A stretch of 64,000 nucleotides of DNA from NCBI GenBank assembly GCA_964545385.1, contig CAZJFG010000001.1:40365-104364 (forward strand), given 5' to 3'. This document shows, in pieces, positions 63,696 to 64,000 of this stretch (its first letter is position 1; every line of letters begins with the position of its first letter). The notes under the pieces were generated by a model. That model saw only the letters and a list, made by a program, of their open reading frames with translations. It was not told the DNA's origin and did not search any database. This stretch comes from an uncultured Gammaproteobacteria bacterium. GTDB taxonomy: Bacteria; Patescibacteriota; Microgenomatia; UBA1406; GWC2-37-13. The position numbers and the translations under genes are program-made.

Positions 63696-64000
63696 ATGGA
63701 TATCAAAAATATTATTATTATCGCCCATGTCGATCATGGTAAAACCACACTGGTTGATGCCATTTTAAAACAGACGCATACCTTTCGGGAAAACCAAAAA
63801 GAAATGAATGAGAGTCTGATCATGGACTCAAACGACCTTGAGAGGGAAAAAGGCATCACCATTATTGCTAAAAATACTGCGGTTTTTTACCAAGATGTAA
63901 AAATAAATATTATTGATACGCCGGGACACGCAGATTTTGGAGGCGAGGTGGAACGGGTAATTAATATGGCTAGTGGTGCTATTTTGCTGGTCGATGCAGC
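63696..64000 (+). CDS. typA: Translational GTPase TypA/BipA (N-terminal part; runs off the window end)
   Basis: Own translation gives [34 protein letters not shown]...[17 protein letters not shown]. Confidence 0.92.
   Translation, partial: MDIKNIIIIAHVDHGKTTLVDAILKQTHTFRENQKEMNESLIMDSNDLEREKGITIIAKNTAVFYQDVKINIIDTPGHADFGGEVERVINMASGAILLVDA

Overview
This is an AT-rich (roughly one-third GC by eye), densely coding bacterial chromosomal window. It uses the standard code: TGA, TAA and TAG all end well-supported genes, and ATGA/TAATG start-stop overlaps are common.

**Housekeeping content.**
- rpoC (partial) and rpoB.
- tRNA-Ser and tRNA-Tyr.
- recF and valS.
- rpmH-yidC-jag, with no rnpA between rpmH and yidC.
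- uppS and typA (partial).
- A 5S rRNA gene standing alone with its own promoter.

**Likely lineage (inference).** The window also holds several other features:
- a eukaryote/archaea-type ATP-dependent DNA ligase;
- a seven-gene translationally coupled mevalonate operon with an archaeal-style thiolase/HMG-CoA synthase/DUF35 trio;
- four small two-TM T4SS-pilin-like proteins;
- many S/T/P-rich membrane-anchored proteins;
- several GT2/GT-C glycosyltransferases.

Together with the housekeeping layout, these fit a reduced-genome Patescibacteria (CPR)-type organism.

**Main second-look items.**
1. Two families of long AT-rich inverted-repeat hairpin elements occur in two states. 'Occupied' copies carry a four-helix-bundle (Avd / 23S-rRNA-IVS protein family) gene, and both of those genes are disrupted. 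'Empty' copies are gene-less and fill the jag-yidC and yidC-rpmH spacers.
2. An accessory island (25.9-33.5 kb) is bracketed by the two occupied elements. It encodes a 567-aa polytopic membrane protein, a Cys-rich pilin-like protein and a 1249-aa tail-anchored protein with no domain I recognise.
3. The same island holds a decayed SCIFF/ranthipeptide-like RiPP cassette: a six-Cys core peptide after a GG motif, TAATG-coupled to a frameshifted radical SAM/SPASM-type maturase, followed by a PqqD-like ORF.
4. A ClpC/ClpB-type AAA+ chaperone has about 200 aa of four tandem repeats inserted in its second ATPase module, plus a C-terminal zinc ribbon.
5. Imperfect (TTTGAGYT)n-type tracts with a 7-8 nt period are embedded in frame in at least five unrelated genes, including valS, uppS and a mevalonate-pathway kinase.
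6. A GC-rich structured intergenic segment lies at 62.1 kb.

I saw no CRISPR array, reverse transcriptase, transposase or integrase.
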